Below are positions 12,151-25,999 of a stretch of 64,000 nt of DNA, piece after piece. The stretch is from Epiperipatus broadwayi. Taxonomy: Eukaryota > Animalia > Onychophora. Location: positions 16,058,001 to 16,122,000 of the forward strand of contig JAQFVV010000007.1 of assembly GCA_028023455.1 (NCBI GenBank). The letters are read 5' to 3'. The translations under genes were made by a program, and so were the position numbers. The notes under the pieces were generated by a model that saw only the letters and a list, made by a program, of their open reading frames with translations, was not told the origin of the DNA and did not search any database. Position 1 is the first letter of the stretch, and every line of letters starts with the position of its first letter.

Positions 12151-14599
12151 AAGAAAACTTTGTTTTATTCTTTATCTTATTAATATCTAAAAATAAGATA
12201 TTAATGACCTGCCATCATATTAATTTATACAAAACAATATCAATAAAAGGAATAATCTTAAACATAAAGGAAAGTTAAAATACATTCTGGTAAGTAGCAG
12301 CAAACCACACTTGATAACCAGTTTCAGGACTGTAGCAATCTTCTCTGGATACTCAATTTGAGAAAACAATAATAATAATTTCCTGTCTGGCTTAGTGCAA
12401 TGGCCCAGAAATAGATTCTGAAATTTAAAGTTCCACAATTCCACAACCTGATCCATAAACCATTTTATTTTATAATAATAATGAACTATATTTCACAGAT
12501 TAAAATCTCCTATGCTTTTTTGTGGGTCTTCTCAGTGACTGGTTATGTTTGAAACTTAATGGGAAAAATTGTCCATATATTATATGTAAAATAGTATCCT
12601 AATTCAAATTATCCAGAAGTTTTTACATTATGTTAAGTGAGAAGTTTGTTGATGTTTTAAATTCAATGTAGATACAAAATTCAACATCATTGGAATAGGC
12701 AAAAATTAATATAGAAAAATATATCGTAGGCATTGATGCAGCAACACATACACATATTCAAGTGACAATTTTTGTTTTATACATAGAACTTTAATAAAAT
12801 GGCAAAAATATGTCAGACAAACCACTTAAGAGGCTCAAATTTTTGGTTATCAATTAATAAAAGCATTATTCACAACTGCTGAACTATTTAAAGGTTTATT
12901 ATATATAAACGTGATTAATGCTTTCACTAAAAAAGTGAGAGAGAGTAGAATGTATTAGAATGAACTGCTATCCAAAATGAATGCTTTCTGAATAGAATGT
13001 AAAGAATTATAGATGGAAATGTAAAATTATTTGGTAAAATAGAATAACTTATTTCAGTATTTCGGTACCCATTATATTGCTAAGATTAAAAAGTAGTATG
13101 GTCATTAGAATAGAAGAGACAGTGTATAACAGAACTTTTCATTTGATTGAATACATTATCATTGATATTTTCTCATCTTCTAAAAGAACTTAGTCAAATA
13201 ACTACCCCAAAAATCCTATCAAGATTTGTTTCTCCAAGCAGTGGTAAAACTATCATGAATAACATAAAATATCTCAGCCCAATATTCAATCTTAGCACTG
13301 TGGTTGAGTGATGAATTTAGGAGTTAAAAAATTTTGATTGAACCTTGACTTGTAACATCTGGTTTTTGAATGTCACATGATTTCCAGTATGACCAATCAA
13401 TTTAAAGCATTTTGTTTCTAATTATATAATTGCAACAAAAATGGAAGTATTGTGCTATTAGTGCTATGGGCAACACTAAAGATCTCCAGATCAAATTCAT
13501 CTTACCACTTTCATATTTAAACATCATATCACTCTCCAGAAATAAATCACTGTATTATTGTCATAACACACACAGAGTATTTACGATAATCAAGTAAAAT
13601 TCAATACTCTACCCCACAATTGCTAAAAAAATTAAGTGATTTGAAACCATTTGTGAATAAGTTCCCTTCCCCCTTTATTATTGAAAAAAAAATATATATA
13701 TATATAAATATATATACTTAAAAAATTACCAAAAGTTAAATTATTAGTTTCATGTTGCATTGCACCATCAGCATATCTCATATTGCAGCACTGTTTCTAA
13801 ACAATGCAGTCCTTATTTAAAATGATAATGTTTAAGAGAACAATACATTCCATGGTTCTCCAACTAATACATGTTCCATGGCTTTCTAATCAATTAATTT
13901 AAATAACGAGTCTCTACGGGGATCATGCTTAAATAATTAGTAACTATAGTGGCATGACATCTTAAAGAAACAGTTAAATATTATTTAATTCTCCCTCACA
14001 TAGAATATAATCAAGTCTTTACTGAGGTGATCGATATATTCTAAATTAATAAAAATATTATAACATTTTAAATATTTTATTTAAACTGTTGAAATGCACA
14101 CATTGTTAACATTTTTTTACTTCAAACTCTATGAATTATATAATTCAAAAGTTTGGTGATCCATGCATCAACAGCATTCTTTTTTAATAACATCATCTCT
14201 CAATAAAATATCACAGTAAAAGATTTAAAATCTATTACTTAACTCAATCTAAAATTTGAAATTTAAAGCATGAAAATTCATTATCATTTAACACACTTAT
14301 TCTTTTACTATGTCAATATTAATCCCCTTTTTTGTACTTATTATCATGATCATTAAAAAGTGATTTATATTAAAAAAATTAGCTTGTACACACATTGTTT
14401 TTTTTTTTAATTTTTCATTGTTGATTTTAGATGTTAATAGGAATGACATTGCTTACATCCTGGCATTATTTTAAAATGATGCTATTTTAGCAATAGTAAT
14501 TTATTTAGTCTACATTTACCCTGATTAAGAGTGCATTTATAAAAATAATCAATTTATGGTTTAGTTTCCTTTTTGTACATAGATGTCAGATGTAATCAA

Positions 14600-14960
14600 A
14601 ATAAGCAATATTCTGAAAGCTATCCACTCCATCCTATACAACTAATACACATGACCACATACATGTGAAAAAGATAAATGATCTCCAATACATACTTTGT
14701 GCTAATTAGCACTCATTGGTTGATCCATATAATATCTCTCCATATATATATATATAATCATTGTTCAGTTTATATTAAGGTAGCAAATCTTCAAACATTA
14801 ATGAATAGGCTTCAATCTTCTCCACCCTCCAATATTTTGACCAACTAATGATTGCTAGTTCAGCATGAACTATGGATATTGGAGATCATATATTTTTTCC
14901 ACATGTATATAGTCATATGTATCAGTTGTATAGTAAGGAGTGAATAGCTTTAGAGCACTT
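14600..14960. mobile_element. Family C fold-back element
   Basis: Terminal inverted arms (aagctatccact..catacaactaatacacatgacc..gatctccaata); hammerhead remnants at 14676-14730 (-) and 14838-14890 (+). Confidence 0.8.
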
Positions 14961-17900
14961 GAAAGTCTGAAATCATATCCCTTCTAATTACATTGTTTAG
15001 TATAGATAATATACTTGTATTGAAATATTTTGAATTTTTTTTCTTGGATGGAGCAAATGAATCCTTTCATATGTTTGCACAAAAAAGTGTTTTAATTTAA
15101 TTTGTAAATTTTTATTTTTAAATTAAAAATATACTTTTTTTGTTACAATAAACATTTTATTAATAAAAATAAAATATATGCAATTATTATGTGTATTAGT
15201 CCTTTTTTAAAGATTCAAACATCACTTGTAAATGGGAAAGTTAAGTGGAGCTCAGACAGAAAGTTGTTTTCTTAATATAAATTGAATATATAATATTTTT
15301 TAAATTTATTTGTCTTTTCTTGAATAATTATCTTTTTAAAAAACTAATTATTATTGAAAATATTTTAAATTTGATATGTCTTTTTCAAATTGAAGGTTAC
15401 ATATATAAAAATTAAAACTATAATTTTAAATCTCATCTTTTTTATATTTAAGCTTTAGTCAAAAAGTTAATAAAGATGTTATCTTATTGTTGTAGGAACT
15501 CTCAGTGAATGCAATGAGCATATTTGTGTGCACTATTTGTAATTAAAAATAATAATTTTGTGTCTGATTTTTGACAATTAGTTATTAATGAGTTCAAAAT
15601 TAAATCTGTTTAATCCATGCTGAAAAACTAGGTGGAACTTCAATAATCACATATTTTACTTTAGAATCAAACCATCACCTCTAACTCCTTAGTGAATTAC
15701 CACCACTATTCAGCTAAGCTTGTAAATTAATGACATCCACACTTCATCTGAATTCAAATCGGGGCCAAATAAATTTGAAACTTTTTATAGCAATTTTGGG
15801 ATTTTCCATGTAGTTAACCATAATCAAAACAAAAATAGGTTCAAGAGGTTACAAAGATGGATTACGATCCTTGGTTCTAATCCCCAGATTCCTATTCCAC
15901 AACTTCATTAAACCATACAATAAAGTCATCAATGCTATTCATCAAACTTTGATGGGGAAATGGGTTTGTCTATTTAAACAAAGGGGATAAAACAGGAAAT
16001 GAAAAACATGCAATTCTCACCACCCGTCAACTGAAAATTCTGTCAAGTTTTCCCTTCCACTGTCTTCTCTAAGGTTCTGTTAGACAAACATCATCATTAC
16101 AGAAGTCTACTTAGAGACAGTCTAACTTTACTTTTTACCATATAAACAAATAAATTGAAAACAAGGGTTAATCCATTTAATGTTTATTACTAATAATTAG
16201 TTAATCACAGATCATAGAGAAAATTCCTTTTTGCTGAATGATATTTATTAATTTAACAAAGTTTTTATTTTAGCTTAAAATAAGTTATCATTCAGACAAC
16301 TGAATGCCTGAATAGTATGACAGCTCCAATTCCACATAGAAAAATAGATCTAAAATGACTGTTGAAATAATCAACATTTTATATTTTAATTGATCTGGTT
16401 AAAGAGCCCCCATTGCTCTCTTGCCACTATCTTTAGTGCTATTTTGCATTCATGTGAAAGATGTCAGTATTGTTCAGAAAATGAGCTGACAATTAGATTA
16501 TCACTTTTCTGATTGGTAGTTTCTAGTTCTCTCTTTTGCTAGATTTCAGAAATGATAATTTGTTTAGATATTTATGATTATACAAAAGAATAATGTGATT
16601 ACATTCAGATTTTATTTGAATATATTTACTTTTAGAAGTTATTCAAGAGAGATCTATAATTACATACCGAGCTACTTTTAATTGACTAAAAGGACTTTCA
16701 TATTGAACAAAGTAGAACTATTTTTGCTATTTTTTAAAAATTTATAAATAATATTTTAAATTTTAAATAGAAATTTCATTAGTTTTAAATAGTCTAAACA
16801 ATAATTCATCTGGATTTTACAATCTAAATAAAACAATTCTGGTTTTTTTTAAATTAATAATTACTTGTGCATTATCGGGTCTACTAAGATTGGCAGCCAT
16901 TTTTTAAAAATTCATTGTTTCAGGGGCCTACAAATTTTTATTTTGCTGAATATGCATTAGTTGTTAAGTGGTTCTTTTTAAAAAAATAAAAATTTCTGCA
17001 AAATTATATTTACATTTTATTATTATTTAGATAAAATAATGCACAAGTACTTCAAGTGTGGAGAGCTGACCTCCGAACACGAGAACAGTCAGCTAGGACA
17101 CTTAAAGGTCATATTGATCTTAATTATTATTTTTGTATGCTTTCGGGCCTTATTATGTTAATGATTATATATATGTAAATAATCAAACGATATTAAGAAC
17201 CATAAGGAAAGAATTACTTAAATATTAACTGTTAGCATTGATTTGTTCATGTGGGAAGTACACTCTTAAATTAGCTAGACATAGCAATATTCAAATTTAA
17301 ATTTTAAATTAAAATTAAATATGTGAACAATTAATTAAATATTGATATAAAGAACCATTTAATCACACCATTATATGCCATGAATATGATACAGTAAAAA
17401 TATATTGAAAGCATGCTAGGCAGTAATAAAGCTAAATATTATTTTAAAAAACTACCTTTTCTGTGTGTATTTTCAACTTACCAAATATTATTCCCATCTT
17501 TCACTAGACATTATGTCAAACAATCTAAGTGCTCCAAGTCCAAATTCCAAACTCCTCACTGGTGAAAGTCTTTATTCAAAAACTAAAACACCGGATAGGC
17601 AGTTAATAAGTACTACAACCAGCATCTATTGATTGCTCAAACTTACACTAGATGGCAGAACTGGTTTCATATTCGAATAACAGCAGCAGAACCCAAAGTG
17701 TAGAATATTTTTACTGCATTTTCATGAAAATTCTTGGGAGCAGCAAACTGCAATTTAATAAGAGATACTTAGCAATAGAAATGCTTTGCTATAATATCTT
17801 CCCATTTGATACAAAATATCACTTGAATTACAGTCATTAAGATATTCATATGTAAACACATCGATCTTATTAGCATGAAGAAAGTATTGAAGTTTATGAT

Positions 17901-18059
17901 ATAGCTTTAAGATGTTAAAATAAATTGTATTAGTGGCATGCTATTTTTACTGATTACACGATAACTTCCATCTGCCTTATGGCAAACAATTTAACATACA
18001 CATATATCTACACAAACATTACGGCAGAGCTTTGGGACTTAAGAGCTAATAGTTCTTGG

Positions 18060-18140
18060 ATAGAAGTTCTAATTTGTCACCGTCAGTGCTCGAGCTCAAC
18101 TTGTTATTTACGCGTAAACGTCACGTGCTTCCGAATTATT
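18060..18140 (+). promoter_or_regulatory. Probable AGXT proximal promoter with an E-box
   Basis: CpG-retaining patch about 0.3 kb upstream of the ATG in an otherwise CpG-poor window; GTCACGTG E-box at 18120-18127 next to ACGCGT and CTTCCG. TSS not determinable. Confidence 0.4.
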
Positions 18141-18411
18141 AATTAATAATTATTATTTTTAGTAAACTAATAATCATGTTATTGAAAATAAATGCGCTTT
18201 AGAAGAAAACTTTAAAATTTAGTACCACCAAGTTCTGGTAGATGTCGCGGCTGTTCAGAACGTTAATCTGAAATATTACTACGACTGCCGAAAGAGTAGA
18301 GTAATCGATTTTCTTCGAAAAGTTTATTGCATGTGAAATATTGTATTTTTAAGAGTATATTTGCATCTTGACTTAAACAAACTGATACTAACGTCAAAAA
18401 ATTTATTCAGC

Positions 18412-18576
18412 ATGTCGACGACTCCCTCACTAATTCCCCCACCCAAAACTCTTTTTCAGCCTTTAAACTTTCCCCATACGTTACTTTTAGGTCCAGGCCC
18501 ATCTAATTGCCCGCCGCGTGTCCTTTACGCCTGTTCAATGCCTTTAATCGGATATTTTCATCCAAAATTTTTTGAG
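18412..18576 (+). CDS. AGXT: Alanine-glyoxylate / serine-pyruvate aminotransferase, coding exon 1 (165 nt)
   Basis: ATG at 18412; translates MSTTPSLIPPPKTLFQPLNFPHTLLLGPGPSNCPPRV...FFE with the family LLGPGPSN motif; donor GTAATG at 18577, phase 0. Confidence 0.95.
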
Positions 18577-19189
18577 GTAATGACATGTTTTCTAATCGTA
18601 CATCTAATTAAAAGTAAATATTAAAATAAGTTAATTAAAATTTACGTTTGAAATCTTTGCATCTAATTATTTTCTAAGGGTTGGCAGTTCTTTTAAATTT
18701 AATTTATTTATTATATGTTTCACAATTTTGGTTAAAAACAAAGCTTAACTGAAATAATTATTTTAAATTTTGATTTAAAAAGTATCTTCGTCTTTTAATA
18801 ACTATTTGTAGTTGTATCGAAATCTCTCCAATTACTTCTATTGCCACCTGACGGGGATTGTGAACATCAATATTTGAGGTTTAACTTTTAGAGAATTGAA
18901 TATGCAATCGAACCACTACTTTTAAATGCCAAAAAAGAAAAAAAAAAGAAAAAAGAGGAACATTTATTAAATGTTTTATTCATCATCATCAGCGATATCT
19001 ATTCACAAATGTTTGTGACCATTCCAATCTCCCAAGATGGAGAGAGAGAAAAAAAGGCAAATAATTAATAATAATACATTAGAGATTAGAGACGACTATA
19101 CAAAACAATCTGTAAACTAAAAATATATTCGTATATAGAATGTTCCAACCCAATATTCTGCTTATTTGATATTTTCATATGACTCCATC

Positions 19190-20215
19190 ACATAACATCA
19201 GCTTACACATTTCTGTTTCAGCTATATATACTACATACCTCTATTCCACCTACAACCAACTTTAGTAACCAACAGATGCCAGATGATAGTGCTTAATAAA
19301 TCCCTATTCATCCAATAAATCCTGACTAGTTTCAAGCTTATTGCAGAAGCTTTCAATCTTGGAACAGATTGAACCTTTAGGATCTCACAAGCATTCTTTT
19401 CAGCAGCCATTATATCTCTCTCTTTTTCACTATCAAGCTCTCAGTCCAAAATTGAAAACTATAAATGTTTTCAGTCTAAGACAACATGTGAATATATCAT
19501 ATAGATATGAAACAATTTTTTGTCTATATATTATGGTCTCTTTAGTTTTTTAACATCCATAGGTAACTCTATCATGTGAGCTCAATTAGTGTAAAACTAA
19601 TAAAATATAACATGACTTCAACTTACTCATTGCTATTTCAACTACAATTTTTTCATACCTCTAAGCCACTTGCTATAAACTTTAGTAACTAATCGATATC
19701 AGATGATAGTACTTAATAAATTCCAATACAATGCTGTCCTATCCAATATCCCCAGACTAGTTTCTATCTTATGGCTTTTATCAATGAGGAGTGTTGGATC
19801 TGAGAGCAGAGCACTTGGACCTTTAGGATCAAATGTGCTTTACTCTTAGCAGTTATTATTTTCCTCTCTTTTTAACTGTAAAGCTGTCTGAACTGATTTC
19901 ATATCTGTATGTCTATAAATGCAAATTGGCTTAGGTTGAAAACATTTCAATGTTTTTTTCCAATTTTGGAGGCTGATAGCTAGATAGTTAAAATAGGTGC
20001 AAATGATGACTTCTAGAGGAAAGTTACATTAGATTCTAAAGATCCAAATGCACTATTTTTAAGTTCTAAAGTTCCTGACTAATAAAAGCTATAAGCTTGA
20101 AACCAGTCCAGGGATATTGGGTAGGACTGTGCTGGGAAGAGGTTTACTATCATCTTGCATATATTAATTACTAAAGTGTACAGTATGTGGTATATAGGCA
20201 TGAAGAAAAAAAAAA
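19190..20215. mobile_element. Cluster of three family A copies (19190-19470 -, 19610-19910 -, 20000-20215 +)
   Basis: Shared hammerhead core plus tail; the last two form a head-to-head pair. Confidence 0.72.
19741..19800 (-). ncRNA. Family A hammerhead motif with extended stem I (U3-A8 copy)
   Basis: GAUCCAA-CAC-UCCUCA-UUGAUAA-AAGC-CAUAA-GAUA-GAAA-CUAG-UC-UGGGGA-UA-UUGGAU; palindrome ACUAGU, triplet GUC; stem II weakened in this copy (GCUU in the copies at 44-80 and 20075). Confidence 0.65.
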
Positions 20216-20239
20216 TTTGATATTTTGTGAAGGCTTTAA

Positions 20240-20940
20240 TTATGTATTTATATGTTGGACTATTACCATAATTTACTATGAGTATTGAATGTCTTTAGAA
20301 GAATTTAACTTTATTTAAACATTCCAAATACAGTCAACTGTTAATAATAACACACAGGTTAGTGTATGCACTATATTTTGAGAGATATTATTCTCCCTTC
20401 TTCTTCAAGTGTTGCTGGCCTGACCAGTGTCAGTATTAGCATGGGAATCAAACCTGGACTCTTAGATTCTTTGGGTATTGAATTTTAATGTAATGCTCTA
20501 ATCAAGTGAGCCATCCTGCTAAAGATAACAGTCAGTAGAAATTTCATATACTTATCTATGAGGTTCCTCTTGATTTCTCCACTTTTTTCTATATGCAAAG
20601 TTGATTAATCATTTCCATACAATATGTATAGTCATATTAGGTTGATTTATGGGATTGTTTGTCATTGTCATGTGAGCAGCAGTTTTAAATTTTCTTCTTT
20701 GTACCTTTTCTTATCTATTTAATATTTTTGTATTTTCCCAATTAAACATGTTTATTGGTACATACATGGTCTGCAGCCTTAGCTTAAAATTCAATACTCA
20801 AAGAATCTAAGGGTCCAGGTTCGATTCCTATGCTAGTACTGTCACTGATCAAGTAAACAATGCCTGAAGAAGAGCGAAATAATACTTCTCAAAATATTAT
20901 GCATATTCTAACTTGTGTGCTAATATTAAAAAACCTTCAG
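20240..20940. mobile_element. Family B (tRNA-head + hammerhead) head-to-head pair
   Basis: Left unit ~20240-20520 (-), right unit ~20775-20940 (+) with perfect B-box GGTTCGATTCC at 20818-20828, then CUGAAGA-A-GAG..CUC-AAAA. Confidence 0.75.
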
Positions 20941-21746
20941 GAAAACACCATGTCTTTAACTTTCCACACTATCTAATTGTAATTTTCCAATGTGTTCTAT
21001 TCTCTAATTTTTCAAACGAAAACAATCAGAATATCTCATTTAGTCTTTACAATGTCAACCATATTTGTCTCCTCCATAAATATCATGCTAAAGTTTACCC
21101 ATAAAACAGCCACCTAGGAAGCAATATTATAATTCATTCATTTCATGTGTTCAGTGCAACAATATTATGATTTTACAGCAGTGAATTTTACGATATCATA
21201 TTCAGCAAGTTGTAAAAATGTATTAATTGATCTTGTGATTATATTTAAAAAAAAATTAAATAAATTTTTCTGCTGCCTTTATACTACATTTGTAGGATGT
21301 TGCTATCTGATTTGCAGTAATAAATTAGGTAAAACAGTAGCTCTATTTTTGATCAATACAGTTTGTTCTCAGTGATGAAATACCTAATTTTTTAACTTCT
21401 TAAAATCAGCAGCAGTATCTTGGAGTATGTATTGATTTGCAACATCTAAATTCATCTTTCGGTTTAAAAAGTAACAATTGGTTACATTCTTAAGTTGATA
21501 ACCATCTATGCTAAAAATTGCATAGAATTTTTCTTCCTTCACTGGCTGATAAAGAACTTGATTTTAATGTTATTTATTAAATGAAAGCCTTATATATTCT
21601 TTAGCTCGTCTTTTGAACTCGCAAAAATAGTATGATCATCAATACTTTGTAAATCTAGAATCTAAGATGAAACTCCTGTTTTTGCTTTTAATCAATTCAA
21701 ATTGAAAATTCCACCACCAAACCTGTATTGCAACCTAATTGCTTAT

Positions 21747-22800
21747 TCATCATCATCAAACATTATCAATCCACTGCAGGATGAAGGTCTCTCCAAGTTC
21801 AATACATATTCTCTGATCTTTAGCATCTTTTCTCCACATCACTCTGCATATTTTTTTATTTCACCCATCCATTTCACATGTGGTCTCTTTCTGGGTCTTT
21901 TACCATCTCTTGGAATCCAGTTTAAGATTTCAGTTGTCCCTCTATTATCATCTCTTCTAGCAATATGCCCAGTCCAACTCCACTTCAATCTTTTAATTTT
22001 TTCAATGAGGTCAGTAACACCTGTTTGTTCTCTTACCCATATATTGCTTTTTCGATCTCTTTCCTTGTTACTCCTAACATATATCTCTCCATACTTTTTT
22101 GAGTAGTCTGAAGTCTCTGTATTGCTCTTCTATTAAGAGTCCAAATCTCAGATCCATAAGTTAGAACTGGTAAAACACATTTATTAAAGACCTTCCTTTT
22201 CAAATACATAGGCATATTTCTTTTTAGTATCAAGTCTATTTCTACCAAAAGCACTCCAACCAAGTTTAAGTCTATGATTAATTTAATCTATTATGTTTCA
22301 ATCTGTATTAATAATCTGACAAAGGTATTTGTAGCTGTTAACTTTTTCTAAGTCATCATAATCAATCTTTATTTTCATATTTTGAGAAAATCCATTGAAC
22401 ATTACTTTAGTCTTTTTAACATTTATCTTTAGTCCTACTTTCATCTGCTAACTCCTGCAATGTTTCCTGCAGCTCTAAAGCATTATTTGCAAAAACAATT
22501 ACATCATCTGAAAAATATCTAAATGACTTAAAATTTACGTTCACTCCTTTAGCTTCCATTTTAATCCACAAAATACTTTTTACAGCAATGCTGTAAAAAG
22601 TTTTGAAGATATGGTATCATTCTGTCTTACACCCTTCTGAATGTTATTAAGCACCTATAAATAGTTTCAAAGATGACAGTCACGAGAATTGAAAATAAGG
22701 TTGTAGCAAATATACATTCTTGTTTTATATTTCTTACCACCTCAAATGCTTGCTCGTAGTAATAACAATTTCTTTCATTCCATATGTGGAATGTGTATAA
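21747..22800 (-). mobile_element. RTE-clade LINE 3' fragment with (TGA)n tail
   Basis: VFNKCVLPVLTYGSEIWTLN..QKSMERYMLGVTRK; RT YxDD-like region (YFSDDV) near 22510. Confidence 0.85.
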
Positions 22801-23353
22801 TACAAATTATTGATTATTGATATTGAAAGGTGCCACAAAAAATAAACTCAGTGAAAGTCAAATGTCTTGACAATAATCTTAATATAGAGAACTACACACA
22901 TATAGATATCATTATAAATATACATGACAGTCTCAGGATATAATGATTGTGCAATCATATGTCATGTTCTTACCCTGGTTTTGAATATCAGTTAAACTTG
23001 TGAATTTTTTCAGATCTTAACTAGCCTTAGGATTTATATATATATATATAATGAGCTAATAGCCAATTCAGATAACCATCCAATATTGGTTGGTGAATGG
23101 GTATCCAACTAAAACAAGAGTGGAAAATTATTCAGCACTTTATTACATTGGTTGGTGAGGTTAGTGAGTAATGCCTTATTTGATTCTATTTTTTCATTTG
23201 CTTGCTGGCAATAATTCTTTATAGAATTCTTCCATACATTTGATGATGTCATCTCTCTTTTTATTAATAGTTTTTTTTCTCCTTATTACATAAATAACTT
23301 TTCTCTCTATACAATATGGTGTTTTATATTTTTGAGACTTATATTATACTTGA

Positions 23354-23852
23354 AGTTTTAGATATAAATTGTAAGGGATTTGAACACAGATTCTCAAGCT
23401 ACCTTCAGCTATCCATTCTATCTCATACAACTGATACACATGACCACACATTTGATCTCCAATATACATATTTCATGTTGTACCAGCATTCACCAGTTGG
23501 TCCAAATCATCATCTACCACATAATATATAACCAGAGCTTGGTTTATATTAAGATAGCAAATCTTCAAACTTATGGATGTCTAAAGAATTGAAGGGTGGA
23601 GTAGATTGAAGCATGTCCATTAAAGTTTGAATATTTGCTATCTTAATATAAACTGAACACTGATTATATATATGAGAAAGAAAATGATCTGAACCATCTG
23701 ATGATTGCTAGTTCTGCATGAAATTCGTATTGGAGATTATTGATCTTTTTCACATGTGTCTCCTCATGTGTATTGGTTGTATGAGAAAGAGGTGATAGGT
23801 AAAGGAAGTGAAAGCCTATGTTCATGTCCCTTATAAAATTCTATATATCTTC
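23354..23852. mobile_element. Family C fold-back element (longest copy)
   Basis: Same arms as 14600 and 42224; two hammerhead motifs whose 3' tails point outward. Confidence 0.82.
23686..23738 (+). ncRNA. Family C hammerhead motif
   Basis: GAUCU-GAA-CCAU-CUGAUGA-UUGC-UAGUUCU-GCAU-GAAA-UUCG-UA-UUGG-AGAUU; the mirror copy at 23454-23508 (-) reads CCAA-CUGGUGA-AUGCU..-GAAA-UAUGUAU-A-UUGG-AGAUC. Confidence 0.6.
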
Positions 23853-24241
23853 TTAATATATCTGTTTTTAAACATTTTTATATTCTTTTTTCTTAATACA
23901 TTTCTTATATCAGTAGAATAAATGGCTGCCTTTTTATGCTTGATATATTTCTTGCAATTTATAGTGTATTAGTTTCAGGAATAGCTTGTAACACTCCATT
24001 CAGCTGTCTTAAAAATATATAGATGAAAGAAAATTAAGACTTTGTAGAAAAGTTAAAATTTTTAAAATAAAGAGTTTGGCAACATCTGAAGAAGAAAAAA
24101 AGTTTGAATTTTTCTAAAACATTTAGTAATTAAAAACTAAGCAATGGAAATAATCCAGCAACAAATAAATACAAAATACATCGTCATGAACTTTCAGACC
24201 AGCAATATATATATACAGTTAATTTTTTACCTATAAAGAAT

Positions 24242-24598
24242 GATAATAAAATTAAATTAGGAGCTTGTGAAGCACTGGAGAGAGAAGTTATAATGAGTAC
24301 AAATTATAAGACTATAAAATAATCAGCAGCTTAGCGCTTTCGAGGCGAGTGGCCTCATATTCATAGCAATAATAATAAATAGTACAGGAAAGAGTATTAA
24401 TGACAATATGCAAAATACATGCACATTTTCTATGTAGCCCAGCGTTTGGAGATATATCAAAGCAGGTGTCACCTCTGTTGATGGAGTATTTATTACCAGT
24501 AATAAAATATGCGTCTTTATAGTCTTAGAATTTGTACTCGTTATAGCTTCTCTCTCCAGCGCTTCACACGCTCCTAATTTTATTTTATTATAATTATC
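24242..24598. mobile_element. Fold-back of a Penelope-like tail, hammerhead in the loop side
   Basis: Arms 24242-24320 and 24512-24598 are reverse complements; contains the 24327-24367 motif. Confidence 0.78.
24327..24367 (-). ncRNA. Minimal type-I hammerhead motif, A3-U8 core variant (most intact copy)
   Basis: GCU-AUGAAUA-U-GAGGC-CACUC-GCCUC-GAAA-GCGC-UA-AGC: perfect 5-bp stem II, palindromic stem III AGCGCU, triplet CUA, 3-bp stem I. Activity untested. Confidence 0.7.
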
Positions 24599-24810
24599 AC
24601 GAGAGAAGTTTAAAAACTTAATATTCTATAAAGAATGAAAAAAAAAAGAGCACATCAGATCTGAAGAAAAAATAAGATCAAAGGCATTGTAAAAAAGGTA
24701 TTCTAAACAATGATTGAAGCTGACATTATTTCAAATTTGTTTATATTTAATTCATGATGAGGTAACCCATTTGTTATAAACTAATTATTATGCAATTTAC
24801 CTTTCAAGCG

Positions 24811-24952
24811 TGTGAAGTGATGCACCGTGACTTCTCCTTAAACGGAGTCAGGAATCTCTCAGCAACTATGCCCAGAGAAACCTGGTAGCCACTTTACCAT
24901 CCCTTTCCATTCCCCATCCTAAATTTTCCCATAATCGGCTCCATCCCATTTT
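24811..24952 (-). mobile_element. Short 3' end of the same RTE-X/L2-like family
   Basis: gtgatgcaccgtgacttctccttaaacggagtcaggaatctctcagcaactatgcccag matches 36020-36130. Confidence 0.8.
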
Positions 24953-25321
24953 AAGCTATGACAGTGATGCCCTCTGTTGGAATTTTCCCCCAATAATATA
25001 ACTAGATGATTTAGTCATAGCTAAACCCACTCTGCCAATCTATAGGTCACTCATCCAGAAATCACATTATAAAGATACTACATTATTTACACCAATCAAA
25101 TCATTGCTTACATTAATAATAATAATAGAAAAGAATCTTTTATTGTTTTATCAATAGTTAAAAAAGTTAAATGCAACACACATATATTAAGTCTCTTAAT
25201 GTATTGTTATATACAGTAACAAACATTAAATAAATTAAAAAGTTTAATTAAGATAATGAAATTTAGTTTTTTGCTCAAAAACTAATAAATATCAATGAAT
25301 ATTTTTTTTTATCTTTGTCAG

Positions 25322-25514
25322 GTTATGGATGAAGTGAAGGCCGGAATTAAATATGCATTTCAAACTAATAACGAATATACCTTTGGAGTTAGCGGCACTG
25401 GTCATGCTGCTATGGAAACTGCCATAACAAATGTGGTGGAAGAAAATGACAAAGTGTTAATTTGTGTAAATGGCTTGTGGGGAGAAAGAGCAGCAGAAAT
25501 GGCAGAGCGCCAAG
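25322..25514 (+). CDS. AGXT: AGXT coding exon 2 (193 nt)
   Basis: Acceptor tttgtcag; VMDEVKAGIKYAFQTNNEYTFGVSGTGHAAMETAITNVVEENDKVLICVNGLWGERAAEMAERQ-G (SGTGHAAME and NGLWGERA motifs); donor GTGTGT at 25515, phase 1. Confidence 0.95.
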
Positions 25515-25999
25515 GTGTGTAAGTCTATTACCCTAATGTTGATAAATTATATTTTATACTCATGTTGTATATAATAATATAATATCAATTTAAAGTAGTT
25601 CAGGAGTAAATAAGAAGCTATGGCTGGAGTATTAATCAAGAATAGTTTAGAGAAAATGTTACCATGATTCATGCATTTTCTACATGCATGTTAAAATTAT
25701 CATATGGTGTGCATGTAAACACACTAGTTCATTCTGTTTTAGCACTTTTGTGCTATCTAATGCAAGGTTCAGTAATCAATAAATGCAGAATGGTGGAGGT
25801 AGTGGTCACTCAACCCTCAATAGATAGTTATTATTGTCAAATAATATATAAGCTTATTTAATTAAAAAGTTATATGGAAATTTATATAATCCTCTATATA
25901 ATATTATATTCTATTCCTTACTCAGAGAAAATATTAAAAACATTAAATTATAATGGTAATGTATTTTCAGTCCAGATCATACTTTTCAAAGGCAAGCGT

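Noticed and set aside
25743-25798. Phase-compatible 56-nt open segment (ALLCYLMQGSVINKCRMVE) as exon 3
   Set aside because: AG/GT and phases fit, but there is no convincing similarity and the length is wrong; such segments arise by chance.
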